Of a stretch of 64,000 nucleotides of DNA, positions 28,076-40,799 are shown one piece after another. Made by a program: the position numbers and the translations under genes. The stretch is from the human T2T-CHM13v2.0 reference genome, Homo sapiens: assembly GCF_009914755.1 (NCBI RefSeq), contig NC_060929.1, one strand, 5' to 3'. How positions within the stretch are numbered: position 1 is the stretch's first letter; each line of letters opens with the position of its first letter. The notes beneath the pieces were generated by a model. It worked only from the letters and a program-made list of their open reading frames with translations. It did no database searches and was not told where the DNA came from.

Positions 28076-30379
28076 CTTTTGTCTTAACCTCTTGCCTACA
28101 CTGATGCTATGCTACTGTAATATTTATTGACTGTTTCACTATATGTCAAACAGTGCATTTAGCACATTGCTGAATGTTAAAATTACTCATCTTCTCAAGT
28201 AGAATTTTTGAAATAATAGATCTGTCTTAGACCCAATGAAAAGGTGTTGGTTATAGAAGATTCAAAACAAGGCACCTATAATTTCTTAGTTTCAATACTA
28301 TTTGTTCCCACAATATAGACCCATAGGAGTCTATTGGAGTATATTGCTAGTGTTCAAAGGTACAGTGCCAGCCCAAATTTTATCATGTTTCAATATAAAA
28401 ATACACCAAACCAATACTCCAGTAATTCCATTTAAATTTTATTTTCCTTGGCAGACAGCTAGGTCATGGTTGCTTTTTGTTAGGACTTACATCAGGGTGG
28501 GCTTAGAATGGGCACATGAATGTAAATAAGCATGATATGTGTAGGGAAGGGAGAAATTATGCAGCAACTACACTATTTATTTGACTTTTGAAAACTTCAT
28601 TTACTGAACCCAGCATGAGTTTTTGCAGTCAGACTTGGAATTTAAGTGTTTCATTTCAATGCCATGCTTCTCCTCAGATTGCGCTTTCTTTGCCCTATCA
28701 TGAGAACACTGGGGATGCCATGCATCCTCATGCTTACGGAAGTGGAATAGAGCAAGCAAATAAAGTTATATGCTAAGGATTGTTTTGTAGAGAATTATGG
28801 TTCAAACTGTGTTATTATAAGGGTCAATGTGAGATTTTTAAGAATACTCTAATCCCTTGAATCTCTTCTAAGTGAGGTCAGTATAAAAGAAGAAAGTCTG
28901 CTTTTATTCAAACCTTATGAGTGTTCTTACGGTTGTATGAAAACAGCTGAGTTTTGTGAAGACAGATTCCTACCAAAGGATTCATGTGTAATATTTTTCT
29001 TTCATTGCTCCCCCTCTCAAGCAGCGGAACGAGAGCTTCTGAGAAATCTCCCCTCACTTGTCCTGGATTTTCAATCTCTGTATTTCTTTTCGGGGTGGAA
29101 CTGAGTATTTCCGAAATTGCACAGACAATAGAGACATCATTATTTGGGTGGCACCAACTAATACATCAAGATTTTTTCTTTTTGGAGCCAGTAGCATCTC
29201 AGTTCCTTGATTATTTCCCCAATCATTTTGCAGACTCTAATGTTATACATGACACATCTATTTCTTTGTTGTTTCTTTCCTTCTGATGTTCTATAAATTC
29301 TCTTTATTAAAGAGAACATCCTCAGATAAAAATTTAGAAGGATATCTCTGAGAATTAACTTTTACCTGACTTTAAGAACACTTTAAATCAATAACAAATC
29401 TGTGGCAATTTTCTCTTTTCTTACCTTCCTAAGTAGGAGGGAAACACCTGTTTCAAATTCAACAATAATTTGTATGATGAATTTTCATTTAATTTAGACT
29501 AGAACATTAAGTTGATTTCCCTTTTACTCCTTGAATGTGAAAATCCCTTGGAACTTCTAAAACGAGTTATTTTTATTGGTAAAAATCGATGAGGGAGGTG
29601 TTTTTGCCACAAGGCTATATAAAGTAACTTTTATTTCTTTTCCTTTTACTCATTTTTTACCACTATGACTCAAAGGAAAATACACCACTCCTGATACACA
29701 TAAACCAAGAGAAACAAAATACAATATTTATGTGTATATCTTTCTCATTGAACTTCACATTGCTAGAAGTATTTTTCTAAAGACAATGTAAACATGTCAT
29801 TTCACTACTAAAAATTTTTTAGTAGATAATATCAATTGCTTTAAGAATAAAACAATTTTTAAAATAATTATATGAAAAAAGTTCTCAATCCAGTCTAATA
29901 ATAAAGAGAAATATTAATAATAATTAACATTTATGTGAAGCCACTCCTCTAAGTACTTAAAATGAGTACAGTATAAAATGCTTCTATATTCAAGAAAGAA
30001 GGCTAATTGCACTTTAGTCATAATAACAAGTATCCACTAGAGTCAGTTTTAAGTCCATCCTAACCTGTCAATTTTACATCAGTAACCATGCTAATGCTAA
30101 TGAAAAGCAATAAATATAGCCACGTCATTTCAGTGACCATGTTTCCAAGAATCAACCAAGCATCAAAAGCCACACTGCAGTATTCACCCTTCCATGGCTA
30201 ACACTCATCCCAAACACTCTAGCTTCTGTAAATTTGCCAATCTCTGAGATCCATACTTCCTGGAAGCCCTCATTATTTGCTCAGGGAGACTATATTTTAT
30301 AAAACTCATTCTTCTTTGATTACCAAGCAATAACTTCATTTTTTTTTTTAGATGTGGCCTGATGGCCTCTTCTTTCAAC

Positions 30380-30580
30380 AGGACTAATTTGTTTAATCAT
30401 CATACTAGTGCTGTGAAGTAGTAATGTTATTGTACCCATTTTACAAATACAGAAATGAAGTTAAATAAATATTCAGTAACTTGCCCAACATCACTAAACA
30501 AATAAAGAGTGAAGGAGAATTTGAATCTAGAAAATGTGGTTCCTGAGCACATTCTTACAGCCACTATTTCATATGGCCTC
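30380..30580 (-). mobile_element. MIR SINE
   Basis: ctgtgaagtagt...cccattttacaaatacagaaatgaag...agtaacttgcccaacatcac...gaatttgaatctag. Confidence 0.82.
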
Positions 30581-30804
30581 TCCTAATATCTTCCTTACGT
30601 GCTAACTCTTCATCTTCACTTCTCAACCCTCTCTAACATGCACTACTCGCTCCTGCAGTACTTGCAGCTCCCTGAATGCTCCATATCTGCCCTTTCCTCT
30701 GATTTCTTTTACAGGTCATTCCCTCAACAAGAACAAAACCCCTTCCCACCTCAATTATGCCTAGGGCAATACTCATCCTTCATTAACTTTTACATTTAAT
30801 CTGA

Positions 30805-30940
30805 GAGACCTCTAAGAGTGTCCTCCTTTTACAGATGTAAAATTGAAATTTAAAGGGATAAATAATGTGCCTACAGTCACACAGTCAACAAGTAATAACA
30901 GCAGCACTTGACTACATTAATGCTGACTCACAGTCCTATT
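30805..30940 (-). mobile_element. MIR core fragment
   Basis: ttttacagatgtaaaattgaa...aataatgtgcctacagtcacacag. Confidence 0.6.
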
Positions 30941-31339
30941 GCTTCTCATAGGAAATATTTCCTGCCATCTTCATCATTTGATTCCTCTTCTGAAAACCCT
31001 CTCCAAATTCACAATCCTCCACTTCTATTTTGCCCTCAAAATAAAACATACTAAAGGCCCGACTAAAGCAACACCAAGTGGAAGACTTCCTACTTATCCA
31101 TTTCCCCCTGAAAACAGCCCTATGTTTTTTTATTCATGGTAATATTGCAGATGTGATGATGATATTCAAGTCTAATTTAACAGTCTGGAGATGACATCTG
31201 CAGCCCAGTTACCACACTGGCAGAGCTGGTGCTCAATAAATCATTGGTATTAATTGTTACCTGCATCTTGCATTTAAATTATTTTGCCTATATTAATTAT
31301 TTCATTAGTGGTTCCTATTTAGTATATACCCATGGATTT

Positions 31340-31520
31340 CTATTACTATGCTACTTTGAGTTGTAATCTGGTCTCTCTTACCTTCCCTCTCTAAACCTTG
31401 GAATTTCAAATCCACAAAATAGAAATAATAACATGTTTGTCTCAGAGGTGGTTTTGAAGAGTAAATATGGTAATTCACACAATGTGCTTAGCACAATCAC
31501 TGATACTTGCACACCCCCAA
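31340..31520 (+). mobile_element. MIR SINE fragment
   Basis: cttaccttccctctctaaaccttgg...aaaatagaaataataaca...ctcagaggtggttttgaagagtaaat...gtgcttagcaca. Confidence 0.65.
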
Positions 31521-31726
31521 GAAATGGGGGCTTCAGTGTCTTATTTTAATCATGTCTATTATCTCTCACTAAATATGATATGCTTTAAATAGTACTAACA
31601 AGTTTTTTTTTAAGGGGCTTGCTTTCGAATCAGTTGTTTTCATGCTGGTGGAAGGCAACCCATACCAAAAGGGGAGTGCTTTTTAAAAGTAACAAATTGG
31701 TTGAATAAACATTAGTTCTTGACTAT

Positions 31727-32126
31727 TGATACAGTTTGGATCTGTGTCCCTGCCCCAATCTCCTGTTGAATTGTATCACCAGTGTTGGAGTGTTGGAGTG
31801 GAGCCTGGTGGGAGGTGATTGAATCATCGGGGCAGATTTCCCCCTTGGTACTGTCCATGTGATAGTGAGCTCTCATGAGATTTTGTTGTTTAAAAATGTG
31901 TGGCACCCCCCTACACACCTCTCTTCCTCCTGCTCTGGCCATGTAAGATGTGCCTGTTTTCCCTTCACGTTCTGCTATGACTGTAAGTTTCCTGAGGCCT
32001 CCCCAGAAGCAGAAGCCACTATACTTCCTGTGCAGCCTGCAGAACCACAAGGAAATTAAGCCTCTTCTTTCTAAATTATCCAGTCTCAGGTATTTCTGCA
32101 TAGCAGTATGAGAATAGACTAATACA
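31727..32126 (+). mobile_element. MST-family (MSTA-like) ERVL-MaLR solo LTR
   Basis: TG...CA termini (tgatacagtttggatctgtgtcc ... gaatagactaataca) and ctgtaagtttcctgaggcctcccca core. 5-bp TSD actat / gctat. Confidence 0.95.
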
Positions 32127-32239
32127 GCTATATAAGTAATCACATGAAAATAAATTACACAAAAGTGGAATAGGATCTTTGCCACTAGTTGTGCAACAAA
32201 AAAAATCCTTCATAACTAAACCACCTCATGTCCACTTCC

Positions 32240-32790
32240 TACACACAACTTCCAAATTAATCTTTCTAAGGTATGACTTGGACAATGATTCCTCTCCTTA
32301 TAAACTTGCAGGAGCTCTATTTCCTACCAAATATGGCTGAAATTTATCACCTGAGCACTTGTCCCTTGACACATTATCCTTATGTTGTTGCCCATTACTT
32401 CCCATCAAGGGTTCAACATCCTCACGCACTTGAAGGACCTACTTTTCCCTATAGATTCACCATGATTTGTACCTGCTTGCCTTTCTCTATATTGCTCTAG
32501 ATACCACTAAAGCCTTTTATCACCTCTCTCCACAGCCAAAGTGTATCTTTTAGGGTCTAGCACAACTGTAGGAAGTCTTCACAGGAACTGGAAGTAATCT
32601 TTCTTGCCTGATATACTACTCTCTTAATTCTCTTACCTCCGGCCTTATAGTACAATCCACTTAATTGTGTGATTTATTCTATGGGACTATAAATTATTTA
32701 ACTTAGAAATCCATGCCTTTTTAAACATTCTATCATACTCAATACTAAATACTACTTCAAACTCTGTAGGTGCTCAATACATTTTTGTGA
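32240..32790 (+). mobile_element. L2 fragment
   Basis: caaattaatctttctaag...gactataaatt...gtaggtgctcaatacattttt. Confidence 0.6.
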
Positions 32791-34007
32791 TCTATCAATT
32801 TATATTTGCATATCATAAATTAGAAGTCCAGGGATCTCTCAAAATTTTTTCATTTCATGATTATTTTAAGATATACTGAGCTATATTTTTAAGTGCACAA
32901 TTTCAGCCTTCAATGCAGATGCAGAAAAGCATTGAATAGCATAAATCCAAAATCAAAATTTAGTTTAGCACTTGACTTACATCTACCGATACATTTTAAA
33001 AATATACATGGGAGGGTATTCCCAAACTTTAACACATCCAGACTTCATCATAGGTACTTTGAAAACATATAGTAAAAACATGATTTTGATTCAAAAATTC
33101 AAATTTTTGGTAATAAAGACCTACAACCATAGGTACCTACTATGTATCTACGATCTGTTTGTTTCACAATAAGTTTTAGTAATAATTTATTAAGTAAATT
33201 TATTACAATTCTTTAAAAATACTGGAAGTATACTATTAGAAATTTTTCTGATGATACATTCAAAGATTACCTTCAATTACAAATTTTAGTTTTCCCATTT
33301 GCCTTTTCTAGCTTATTTTTAAAATAAATTATATAATGAATAATATTTTAAATCTGCTTATTTCAACAATTGAGCCAAATCCAAACTGTTCTGTAGGGAG
33401 CAATCACTTAACCTGAGAGCTAACATTATAATTTGTTCTCAAAACCAACATTAAAAATCAATTAATATTATCAGAATTTCATGGCCATGAATTTCCCTGC
33501 CACATAGGGACTCACATGTGCACTGAAGTTTAATGGGATCCTGAAAAAGATCTAAAAAAGTACAATGGAACAATGTAAAAGACTTTCAGAAGAAAGTAAT
33601 TACTTTTCTCCAAATGAAGTGTAAAGTAAGCACGCCGAAAACAAATTTCTTCTGGTTGAATGGGTTCCTAATTAAAAGTAATTAAGTATATCTATATGGT
33701 GCCTTTGTGGTTACAAATAATTGTCTCATTGTAAATACTCAAATGCTGAGAATCTGGCCCCAAGTTTGAATGAGCCAAGTTTAATTTTCAACTGGACATG
33801 AGCACATTATGGTCCTGGGTATATAGTCAGAGAAGAAACTCCATTAGAATTCATCCACTACCAATCACAGAATATCACCACCTACCTGCATTATTCTTCA
33901 AGGCCATTTTCTCTATGATCCTGGCTTAGGAAGAAAATAGACCATGTAAATCTGGTCTCCTCAAGAAAATCTGACCTATGAGGGATTTGTGTTTATTGTG
34001 GATGAAA

Positions 34008-34298
34008 CTTTTTTTTTTTTTTGAGAGACAAGGTCTCACTCTGTCACCCAGGATGGAGTGCAGTGGTGTGATCATAGTTCATTGCCACCCGAATCTCCTA
34101 GGCTCAAATGATCCTCCCACCTCAGCCTCCCCAGTAGCTGGGATTAGAGGCATGCACCAGCACACCTGGCTAATTTTTCAAAAAAATTTTGGGTAGAGAC
34201 GATGTCTTGCCATGTTGTCCAGGCTCTTCTCCACTCCTGAACTCAAGAGATCCTCCTGCCTCAGCCTCCCAAAGTGCTGGGATTACAGACATGAGCCA
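34008..34298 (-). mobile_element. AluJ
   Basis: J-type diagnostics: acaaggtctcactctgtcacc, gatcatagttca, ggctcaaatgatcctcccacctcagcc. Confidence 0.95.
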
Positions 34299-35045
34299 GT
34301 ATGTAGGCATAGAACAGAGAGTATTGATGATGTCTATCACCTAGGCATTGGCTCAATCCCTTCCCATCCCTGGATATTTCTCTACCTTCCTAGCTACTTC
34401 TCACTTCAGTTATTGCTTGCTTAATACTCTATGCTATTATCCTTCACCTCCATGGATGTTTCCTTCTCTTTGTTTCATGTCAATTTGTTGAAGGATCACT
34501 TCCATTTTTCCCTTTCTTTATTTTCCATAAAATACTACCTATGCAAGGTGTTTTGTGTGAATGTGGCAGATTTTACTGAATGTTGTAGAGAAGCAGTCTT
34601 TGTATTGTAACCATCCAAAGAAAACTAAATAGTAAATAGCTTTGTTAGTAAAAGAAGAGAAGTTTTGTGGCATGTTGTATTTTTGAACCATTCTCTTTCT
34701 CCTTTCCTTCCTCTATGATCCTTTTTTTTCAGCCCCTCATATTCCTATTCACTTATTAGTATGGTAGATAGGCCATCTTTTTGTGTTTTTTAGCTCTATT
34801 AATCACATTCCCTTAAAGTTTGACTTAAAACCTCAGGCTACATTACCATTTGAAAACATTTATCAAAGTATTACCATAAACTAAGAAAAAACAAATCAAG
34901 ATAAGCCAAAGTTTTATCTCTCCCCAAGAGGAATCTTGATGCCAACTGTCAAGGTTGTTTTAAATCTTATAGTCTTTGAACACTCCTCAGCAACACTCCT
35001 GAACATGTGTTATCTGGAGATCGTATCCCAGAATCTTTAGATTGA

Positions 35046-35499
<454 letters not shown>

Positions 35500-38324
35500 A
35501 TACTGTTATTTTTAGGTAGATATCTATTTTCTCCCTATTAATGGCTATATCACCTTATTCTTACCTTTGGAACAAATCCCCATTTGACTCTATTCCAGAA
35601 TAGAAGAACATCACTTCATTGGGATGAGACAAACAACTTACTTTAAGAAAACAAAAAGCTAACTCCTTCTTTTTCTTGCTTTCTCTATCAGGAATAGAAA
35701 AATTATGATTTAAAAAAAATCAGCAAGAACTTGTTCTTATTGCATTTCATGCTATTTCTGAGTTTGTGAGCTCTCAGCAGCCTTCCATGGTGTCAACCCA
35801 TTATATACCTTTAAAAAAAAAACTGCCTCCATTAAACTTTAAGCTGTCAAGGATTACAACGAAAAGATGCAATTTTTTTCACTGCAGGAAAGGTCTGATT
35901 TAGTAACAAGCTATAAGCTAACAGAGCAGCAGAATCCACATATAATGTTCCATTGAAAGGAAAAAAAAAGTGCTGCTTTTTTGTGTCCTTCATCCTTGTT
36001 TTTTTTCTTTTTATATTAAAAAATATGTGGTCCATTTAGCTTTCGAATACAATAGAGACTACAAATTGTGTTCCTCTTACATTTGTGGCTACGAATCTTG
36101 GTGTTCAAACACATATAGACGTGCAATTCGTTTACATGCCTCCTATATTGGAAGGGACACCATCGAGAAAAAAAAATTGTTAGTCCACATTGCCGTCTAG
36201 CTTACGTGTTTAATGTTGATTTCATTAGTCATTTAATTCCAAACACCTTTATTATCTACTTGTTTGAAAAGCCTATTTATTTTCACCACAATGCATACAT
36301 TAAAACAAGTGACTGAATAGAAAGCCAGGCTTGTGGCCTGGTGCTTTCTTGGTGCAGAAATGATATACTCCTCCCCCACTTTAGCTCCAGCATCACAATG
36401 TCAAACATTCCACACATTCCCTAAGGAATCTGCAAGGCTAATTAGGGTGAGCTTCACCATAAAGAATACAGTTGTTAAAACAGCTTCTGTACACACTAGA
36501 GTAATGAGCATTCTTTACACATGCTGTGATGTGTTACTGCAATTTGCAGTCATATATCTCTTAGGAAATAACTCATATGTTGTTATTTATTGCATGTATG
36601 ATTATTAATGATATATTAACAACTGTTGAAAGCAACTTATTTCACCTCAATAACTCATGTACTTAGCTCTATGTTTAAAGAGCCAAGGAAGCATCACTTT
36701 TTTTCCAGAAAGCTATGCTTTTTCTTTTCTTCGTGTTTTTCTCCAAGATGATAAAGAAAACGTCCAAAGTCTTATGAATAAGAAAGATGTTATTAACTTT
36801 TCTTAAGAGTGATTTTATTATCTGTTACAGAAGAGTATTTTTTTAGAGTTGAGTCATTTACAATTTTTGAATCTCTCATAAATGCAATTCCTATAATAAA
36901 CTGTCTAATAATATAAAATCAAATACTGTGAAATACTGTGTGTTAATTATTATTAGTGACTTGAGTAGAAACAGCCTCATGTACAAAGCTAATTTTTAAA
37001 TTAATGTTGCTAGAAGAAATATGTTGCTGCTAGTCAAATTCAGTCCAAATATAGAGTTACCTAAATACTTGAAAATGCTGTGTTGGTAATTTATCTTGCA
37101 TTAAATATACAAGGGAGGTTAAGCTTTTGACTTAAATATTATGTGTGAGACATTGCACCATTCAGAATTGATGAAAACTGAGCTCCTTACTGCTTCACTT
37201 TCCACACTGACAGATTTTTACCAATTAACTACTACCCAAATGTCTTCTGATAATTGGAATATAGAAACAAGCGAGGTTGTGTTCCAGAAATTAGAAATAC
37301 AGCATTAGATCTACACTTTAATGGATCTTTGAGGCACTATGGGAAAATTTCAGGATCTAAACACCTGTTTTGGCTTACCTGAAATCATGGGTGCTGAGTG
37401 CTTGCATCCCTGCAGGAATCTTTTCCAGAGATATAAATTGCTTTACAAGTGTGGTATATTTCCAGAGAAACAAAAGATTCTGCCTTTTGAAATATTCAGA
37501 AATCTGAAGAAAGCCCTGTACTGAGGGTTCATTACCAAATAGTCAGATAATGTTGTAGATCTACACAATATTAGAGGCAAATAAAAGATTAATTTGGCTT
37601 TGATGATCAGAAAGAATGACTGTTGACACAAAGTGATGCCATCTGATGAGACAGCACCTTAGGTTGCTAATTACTTAGGTTTATAAAATCATTTCTGACA
37701 AGTGTTCATTTCATGAGACCTTTTGAGTTCTTTTGTGAAATAGAGTTTTGCAATGAATATTGTCAGAACAGTTAGGAAAGCTGATGTCAAATATTATCAT
37801 CTTTGAAATACTATCCATTGCACAGTTTTGTTGTGGTGGTGGCTTTTTTTAAGCAGATTGTATTAAAAAGTGAACTGAAGGCATAAGATTCTCAACGGCA
37901 GAGTATGATACCATTTGTCAAATACTAGAGGTCTGAGGCAGAAAATAGTATAACAATAAACTAGCAGAGAAACAAACAAGCAAGCAATGTGAGTAGGTCT
38001 CTGGAACAGTCTTTCCAGAAAGACTGAAGGGACAAGACTTGAAGGAAAGCAACACATCTGCATATCTAAGGAGAATGATAACAACATCAGATGAAACAAG
38101 TGAATATCAGGATTGAAAAGGCTGCAGAAGTTTGCAAGCAGATGTCAAAAAGCATACAAGAAAATGTCAAGAAAAATATAACAAGCAGCTAAAACTGGTT
38201 GCAGAGATTAGGGTGCTAAATATATGCATGATGAGCACACTACTCTATGGCTTGCAGACCCAAGAGCTGCTTCACAAGCAAGAAGGGGAAAAAAGAGGTT
38301 CATAAATAATTTCTGCAGATAAAA

Positions 38325-38351
38325 CTGGGGTCAAATGTAAACAGAGGCAGA
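38325..38351 (+). repeat. 27-bp direct repeat, copy 1 (likely donor)
   Basis: ctggggtcaaatgtaaacagaggcaga, identical to 38784-38810. Confidence 0.95.
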
Positions 38352-38783
38352 AAGCAAATAAAGCTCTGCCAGAACTTGCTTTCAGAGTTCCTATGCCTGG
38401 CTACTTTACCAGATAATGAGAGAATGACTTTTTCTTAAATCGGAATTAAATGTGGGAAAATCTGGGAAACAAGGATGTTCCAGAAGCAGAGAGAGGAAAG
38501 AGGGTTAAGAGAAACAGATTCAATAGAGCCACGCTCCCTCACTCAGATCATCCTCAGAAGTCTGCTTGCTGCAAGGTAATATCTCAAAAACCCACTGCTT
38601 TAGGTATCTAAAAACTTCATATGGCAGTAGTCAGGGCTACATAATCAACATTGCCTTTTCTATGGTTTTACATTTAGTTCATTTAAGAAAGGTAATACAC
38701 ATACACAATATAAAAAGCAACTTGGACCCACATATTGAAAATAAAATAAAAGCCTCATCTCGTTCCCACACCCGAACTAGAGT

Positions 38784-38810
38784 CTGGGGTCAAATGTAAA
38801 CAGAGGCAGA
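38784..38810 (+). repeat. 27-bp direct repeat, copy 2, bracketed by a ctagagtctg duplication
   Basis: Identical to 38325-38351. ctagagtctg occurs at 38777-38786 and 38812-38821. Confidence 0.95.
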
Positions 38811-39894
38811 CCTAGAGTCTGTCCTGGCTTAATAGCACCTGCTTCCTCTGACTATAGGAGAGGAGAGGAAGAGGAAAAGTCTGCACGTTAAGCTTTGCTT
38901 CAAGATACATTTCTTCCTAAGGCAGAATGTTTTATGGTTGCAAACATCATTGATCATTATCATCTGAAATCCCATCTTTAGTAGCTATTGTTTTGCCTTT
39001 TGTTTATATCACTGTACATTATCTTTCCTGTAGAGCTGCTCCTACTTCACAACTTTAATAAACAATAATAATTTTTAAATCTGTATTTCCAGCTGTGAAT
39101 TTATTTCTCATCTCCAGATCTGTCTCTCTAACTCTCTAACATTTCACCAGCATTGTAATCCAACAAACCAATTCACAACTGACTTTCAATAAGTAGACTT
39201 CTGAGGATGATCTGTGTGAAGAAGCGTAGCTGTATTGAATGTTTCTCCTAACTCTCTCTTTCTTCTCTCTGCTTCCAACTCTTCCTGAGTACATCCTTTG
39301 TGAGGTAGGTATTAGGAAAGATGGGATTCCTGAGGCTGTTCTCACTCTGGTTGAAGCATTATAGGAATTTCACTTTGGGTCAGTTTCCTCTTACATCCTA
39401 CAAGCTGCAGTATAGCAAAATGGCTAGATAAGCTCAGTTTTTCAACTAATAAAATTCTCATATGTATGTATGTATCTAATCTATCTTATTGCCCCCAAAA
39501 CAGAGTATTTTAAGAATTAAGTATGTTTTATAGTATATGAGAAAGTGATAATATATAGACAGAAAAGTAAAACAGAGAAAGAGAAAAAGTAACACCAGGG
39601 GACAAGGATAACAATTGCTATCAAATAATTTCTGGAACCATTCCCTGTTTTTGCTTCCCTTCTATTTAAATTTCTTACTTATTCAAACTGAACTTCTGAA
39701 ATATTCTTCATGTCCCTTTCTAGCACCTTTATCATGAAATTGGTTCCCTGAAAACATCATTTTTATTGTATTATTCATCTTAAAATTTTTCAATGCCTCC
39801 AGTCATGCATGGAAAAAAAAAGTCCAACTTGTTCTATGTGTTCAAAAAATTTATTTAAACATGTTTTCTAGCCCATCCACAACATCACTTCTGG

Positions 39895-40020
39895 AATGTA
39901 ATTCACTGAGCACTTACTGGGTATCAATCAGGTGCTAAGTAATCTAGTGGAGAAATAAAATAATTAGGCTACAGTCTCTATTCTTAAGGAGTCCAGTATA
40001 TGGCAGAGAAAAGACCAACA
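39895..40020 (-). mobile_element. L2 3' end fragment
   Basis: attcactgagcacttactggg...aggtgcta...acagtctctattcttaaggagt. Confidence 0.6.
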
Positions 40021-40252
40021 GCAAAAAATAAATACCCCTAACCTACAATCTTTGATCTATAATTTTAAGCTTTATGGTGTTTTCCTGCTCCTAAAACCAA
40101 TTCTGTGCTCAAGCCTACTCAAATCTTTTTGCTATCCTTCAGAATTCATTTACAGGCATGTCCCTGTCCTTTCTGCAAAGACACTTTAACCATTTGGTTA
40201 TTTTCAGGACTCCTATAGAATTGATCACTGGTACAATTGATTTTGACACTCA

Positions 40253-40782
40253 TGTCAATATTAAAATTTACCTACTAAAAATCTACTTTCTTCCTTCTGT
40301 ACTAACAGATGCTAATTTTATTCCAAGAGGAAATATGCCCAGCTAAATAATTGTATTTTCCAACTTGCCTGGCAGATAGTGGCAATCAATAAGAAGTAGG
40401 CATAAGGACTATGTTGAGTTTTCATAGAGTTCCTTAAAGTGACCCGACTCAGACAGATAAGCATTGCTGTATTTTGCTCTCTCCCCGGTTCCTCTTTCTT
40501 CTAGTCTGTAATACAGACAGGAAGGCAGGAAATCCAGTAGCTATGCTGGATCACAAAATGACCTTGAGTGTGAAAACCATGTACTAATCATGGAGGAGAA
40601 AGACTAAAGATACTGGACCTGATAATTGTGGGGCTGCCACACCAATGCATAATAAATATCCATGAACTTCTTTTACGTGAAAGAGAAATAAAATACATAT
40701 TAGTCTAATCCACTAAGATTTTGCTGGGGTGGGAAAGAGGAAATTTCATTTTCCTTATCCAAGTGCAATTCCTAACAGACTT
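40253..40782 (+). mobile_element. MLT1 (MLT1J-like) ERVL-MaLR solo LTR
   Basis: atgcccagctaaa...attttccaacttgcc, gcaggaaatccagtagctatgctggatcac, gaacttcttttacgtgaaagagaaataaa...taatccact, ttcctaacagac. Confidence 0.8.
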
Positions 40783-40799
40783 AGCACCATTTAGCCAGG

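Noticed and set aside
31712-32185. 157-aa minus-strand ORF
   Set aside because: Antisense reading of the MST LTR, with no coding features.
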